Assembly: GCA_048771875.1 (NCBI GenBank)
Contig: CM109711.1
Span: forward strand, 4,367,768 to 4,431,767
DNA: 64,000 nt
Direction: 5' to 3'
Source of the DNA: Ctenodactylus gundi
Lineage: Eukaryota
Shown: positions 61,000 through 64,000 of the stretch, one piece after another
How positions within the stretch are numbered: position 1 is the stretch's first letter
Layout of the letters: every line of letters starts with the position of its first letter
Translations under genes and position numbers: made by a program
The notes under the pieces: model-generated
The model's input: the letters and a program-made list of their open reading frames with translations, nothing else
Told to the model about the DNA's origin: nothing
The model's database searches: none

Positions 61000-61440
61000 G
61001 GTGGGTGAGACCATGTTAAAGAATCTCAACAAAGATATAGTAAGATACAAAAGAGAGAGAGAGAACTTTTGGCAAATCATCCCAATAAAGGGCTCTGTTG
61101 GACTCAGAGAAGAGGCATCAAGATATGGCCACTGCAGCCCATTCTAGGGGTGAGAATCTGAGCTAAAAAGTGATTATTTGAGAGGTGAAGTGAGTCAGAC
61201 ACAGAAGATTAAATATGTTAAATATCACATGGTTTCTCTGATTTGGGAAACCCAGAATACAGGCATGCTGTAGATCCAAAAGGGTGTGACAGCGGGAGTT
61301 AGGGTGTTGGGGAGGGCGTGGGAGGGCAAAAACTGGGAAGGGATTGTAATGTTGATGTGATGTATATTTGCACAAAATATTCAAGCTCATTGTAAACATT
61401 ATGTATTACATACAAATATTAATAAAAATGGGGTAAAAAC
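61000..61440 (+). mobile_element. LINE-1 3' end (plus orientation) nested into/abutting the older minus-strand L1
   Basis: The sequence ends ...caaaatattcaagctcattgtaaacattatgtattacatacaaatattaataaaaatgggg, a typical L1 3' UTR tail. Peptides just upstream resemble the ORF2 tail. Confidence 0.4.
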
Positions 61441-62830
61441 CCCAAAAAATGGTAGTATGGCCATTTTGACAATATTGGTTCTGCCTATCCAGGAGCATGT
61501 GATGTCTTTCAATTTTCTAATATTCTCTAATATTTCTTTTTTTCAGAATAGTAGTTTTCACTATAGAGGTCCTTCACTTCCTTAGTTATACTGATTTCTA
61601 GGTATTTAATTTCCTTTGAGGCTACCATGAATGAGATTGCTTTTTTGATTGCATTTTCTGTTTACATTGTTGCTATAAAGGAATGCTGTTGATTTTTGTG
61701 TACTGATTTCATATCCTACAACTTGGCTCAATTGGTTTATTAGTTCTAAGTCTTCTGGTGGGGTTTCTGGGGTTCTCTCGCTCTCTTTTTTATTTTTTTG
61801 AGACAGGGTCTTGCTCTGTATTCGAGGCTTTGTTGCCCAGGCTGAACTGGGACTGACTGCTGAGATTACAGTCACGCACTGCCACACCCAACTTGTGTGG
61901 TGCTGGGGAATCACACCCAGACTTTGTGCTTGCTAGGCAAGCACTTAAACCACTGTGCTATTCCTCCAGCCCTAGGGTTCTTTATTTATCTAAAGGGTCA
62001 CATCTTCTGCAAATAAGGAGAGTGTGACTTCTTCCTTTGATATGTATATTCCCTTTAATCCATTCTCTTGCCTGATTGCTATGACTTAAGTTTGGAGCAC
62101 TATGGTGAATGGAAGTAGAGAAAGTGAACACCCTTGTCTTGTTTCTGATTTTAGGAAAAAGTTTTTCTCCATTTCTCCATGATGATGATATTGGCAGTAG
62201 AACTGTCATAAATTGATTTTATCAGCTTGATGTTAAATCCTTCTATATCTATTTTCATCACTTTTTTATCAAAGGCTTTTTCTGCATCTATTGAGATGAT
62301 CATGTGATTTTTGTCCTTGCTTTCATTTATGTGGTATATTACATAGTTTTATTTATGAGTAAAACAATCAGTGGTTAAAGTGTTTGCCTAGGAAGCACAA
62401 AGCCCTGTTTTGATTCCTAAGCACCACATAAGGTGGGCATAGTGGCCCAAGTCTGTAATCCCAGCATTTGGGAGGCTGAGGCAGGAGGATTGCTGAGAGT
62501 TCTAGGCTGATGTGGGCTACACTGTGAGTTCAGAACTGGCTTGGACTAAGACAGTGAGACCTGCCTCAAAAAAATTAAAGAGTGTCTTATGGTAAATTTT
62601 AGAAAAAGACCTTGTGCTGCTGAGAAAAAGGTGTACTCTATTGACATTGGATAGAAGACTCTGTAGATGTCTATTAAGCCCATTTGTTCCACATATGATT
62701 TAGCACTGGTGTCTCTTTTTTGTTTGTATCATATCACATCCCTTTCCCCTTCCCACTCCCTCAACCTGAGCATCTTTTCATGTGCTTGCTGATTGTTGTA
62801 GATAGTTTTAGGGGAAATGTCCATGCAAGT
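61440..62830 (-). mobile_element. LINE-1 fragment, ORF2 reverse-transcriptase region, interrupted by SINE insertions (~61790-61975, ~62340-62560)
   Basis: The minus ORF 61606..61914 encodes LELINQLSQVVGYEISTQKSTAFLYSNNV, an L1 RT motif. The plus strand reads tagtatggccattttgacaatattg, a typical L1 antisense sequence. Confidence 0.6.
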
Positions 62831-62834
62831 CCTT

Positions 62835-62862
62835 TGTCCACTATTTATTTATTTATTTATTT
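62835..62862. repeat. (TTTA)n microsatellite
   Basis: Sequence tatttatttatttatttatttatc. Confidence 0.85.
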
Positions 62863-63424
62863 ATCTGAGAGAGGATCTTGCTTGTGAGAGCTCATTACGT
62901 AGCCCAGGCTGGCCTCAAACACACACAGGAAGTCCTCTTGCCTCAGCCTCCCAAGTGCTGGGATTACAGGCATGTACCACCACACTCTGCTTATGTGGTG
63001 CTGGGGAATCAAATTCAGGGCCTTATGTTTGCTAGGCAAGCACTCTAACTGCTGTGCTATTCTTCCAGTCCTAGATACATTATTTTCAAATATTCACTCC
63101 CATTCTGTGAGTTGCCTTTTCACTCTGTTGATTATATCTAGGGAAAAAAAATCTGTCTTTATCCCCACTGACCAGTCATGGCATCCTTGGCATTAATCAC
63201 CAGATCATGTATGTGGAGCTTCCATGGCAGAAACGATGTGGTCTCTTCCTTAAGGTGGTCCAGTTAAATATTCAGTTTCTCTCTTCCCAGCAGTAAGTGT
63301 TCAGTGCTGGCTGCATGTTCAGTGTGTACTGGGCTGATAATTCTCCCACACTTGGCTTCAAACCAACAAGATGGATGATCTTCTTTCCAGAGGGGAAATC
63401 TTATTATTTTCAAGAGCATAGTTA

Positions 63425-63665
63425 TGGGACTGGAGGAATGGCTCAGCGGTTAAAGCACTTGCTAGGCAAGTGCTAAGTACCTGAGTTCGATGCTCCAGCA
63501 CCACATAAACTGGGCGTGGTGGCGCACACCTGTAATCCCAGCACTTGGGAGGCTGAAACAGGAGAATTGCCTTGAGTCCAAGGCCAGCCTGGGCTCCATA
63601 GAGAGTTCAGGACCAGACTGGGCTACAGAGCGAGACCCTATCTCAAAAAAATAAATAAAAATAAA
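63425..63665 (+). mobile_element. Composite tRNA+B1 SINE
   Basis: Core ggactggaggaatggctcagcggttaaagcacttgctaggcaagtgctaagtacctgagttcgatgctccagcaccacataaactgggcgtggtggcgcacacctgtaatcccagcac... Confidence 0.65.
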
Positions 63666-64000
63666 GAGCATAGTTTCGGCTTATATAGGGGCAGGGGAAG
63701 GGGCAGAGCCAGGATTCAAACCCAGAGTTCCAGGCTCTATTTGTCATGCTATTTCAGGTAGGATGTCCCTTCTCTGAAACGTGGGCAGAACTTATGGGAT
63801 GGTCTTTATGGGGTAGCCTTGTAAGCATTAAAAATCACAAAGCTGGGTCTGACGGGTTAGGCTTTTAATTTTAGCACTCTGGGAGGCAGAGGCAGGAGTG
63901 GCTGAGGCCAGCCTGGGCGACTCAGTAGCTTGGTGAGAGACTCTTTCTCAAAATAAAAATTAAAAAAGAAAAGAGGCATACATAGCAGGAGCTTTTACTC

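Overview
This 64 kb window is mammalian nuclear DNA with a rodent-type SINE repertoire. It is not prokaryotic: there are no operons, CRISPR arrays, tRNA/rRNA genes or phage-like modules. It holds three complete, highly conserved protein-coding genes in the order and orientation of the human 16p11.2 interval: SEZ6L2 (minus strand, 17 coding exons, CDS 5092-27506, 910 codons), ASPHD1 (plus strand, 3 coding exons, 29485-33289) and KCTD13 (minus strand, 6 coding exons, 34147-48761). I reconstructed the exon structures by hand from the six-frame track and checked them by splice-site motifs and intron-phase bookkeeping; every exon junction keeps the frame. SEZ6L2 and ASPHD1 are transcribed divergently from a shared GC-rich/CpG island (about 27.5-29.5 kb) that contains a ~450 bp polypurine tract. 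ASPHD1 and KCTD13 converge tail-to-tail with poly(A) signals 14 bp apart on opposite strands. Introns and intergenic DNA are densely filled with 7SL-derived B1-like SINEs, tRNA-derived ID-like SINEs and tRNA+B1 composite SINEs (probably more than 70 copies), several L1 fragments (two are nested), microsatellites and one MaLR-like LTR. Most long ORFs in the supplied track are artefacts: GC-rich stop-poor CpG islands, SINE read-through, or two real exons joined by an in-frame intron. Downstream of KCTD13 (49-64 kb) there is no intact coding exon; there is a frame-disrupted TMEM219-like exon remnant at about 57.17-57.47 kb. I found no novel biological system; the findings below are the points that deserve a second look.
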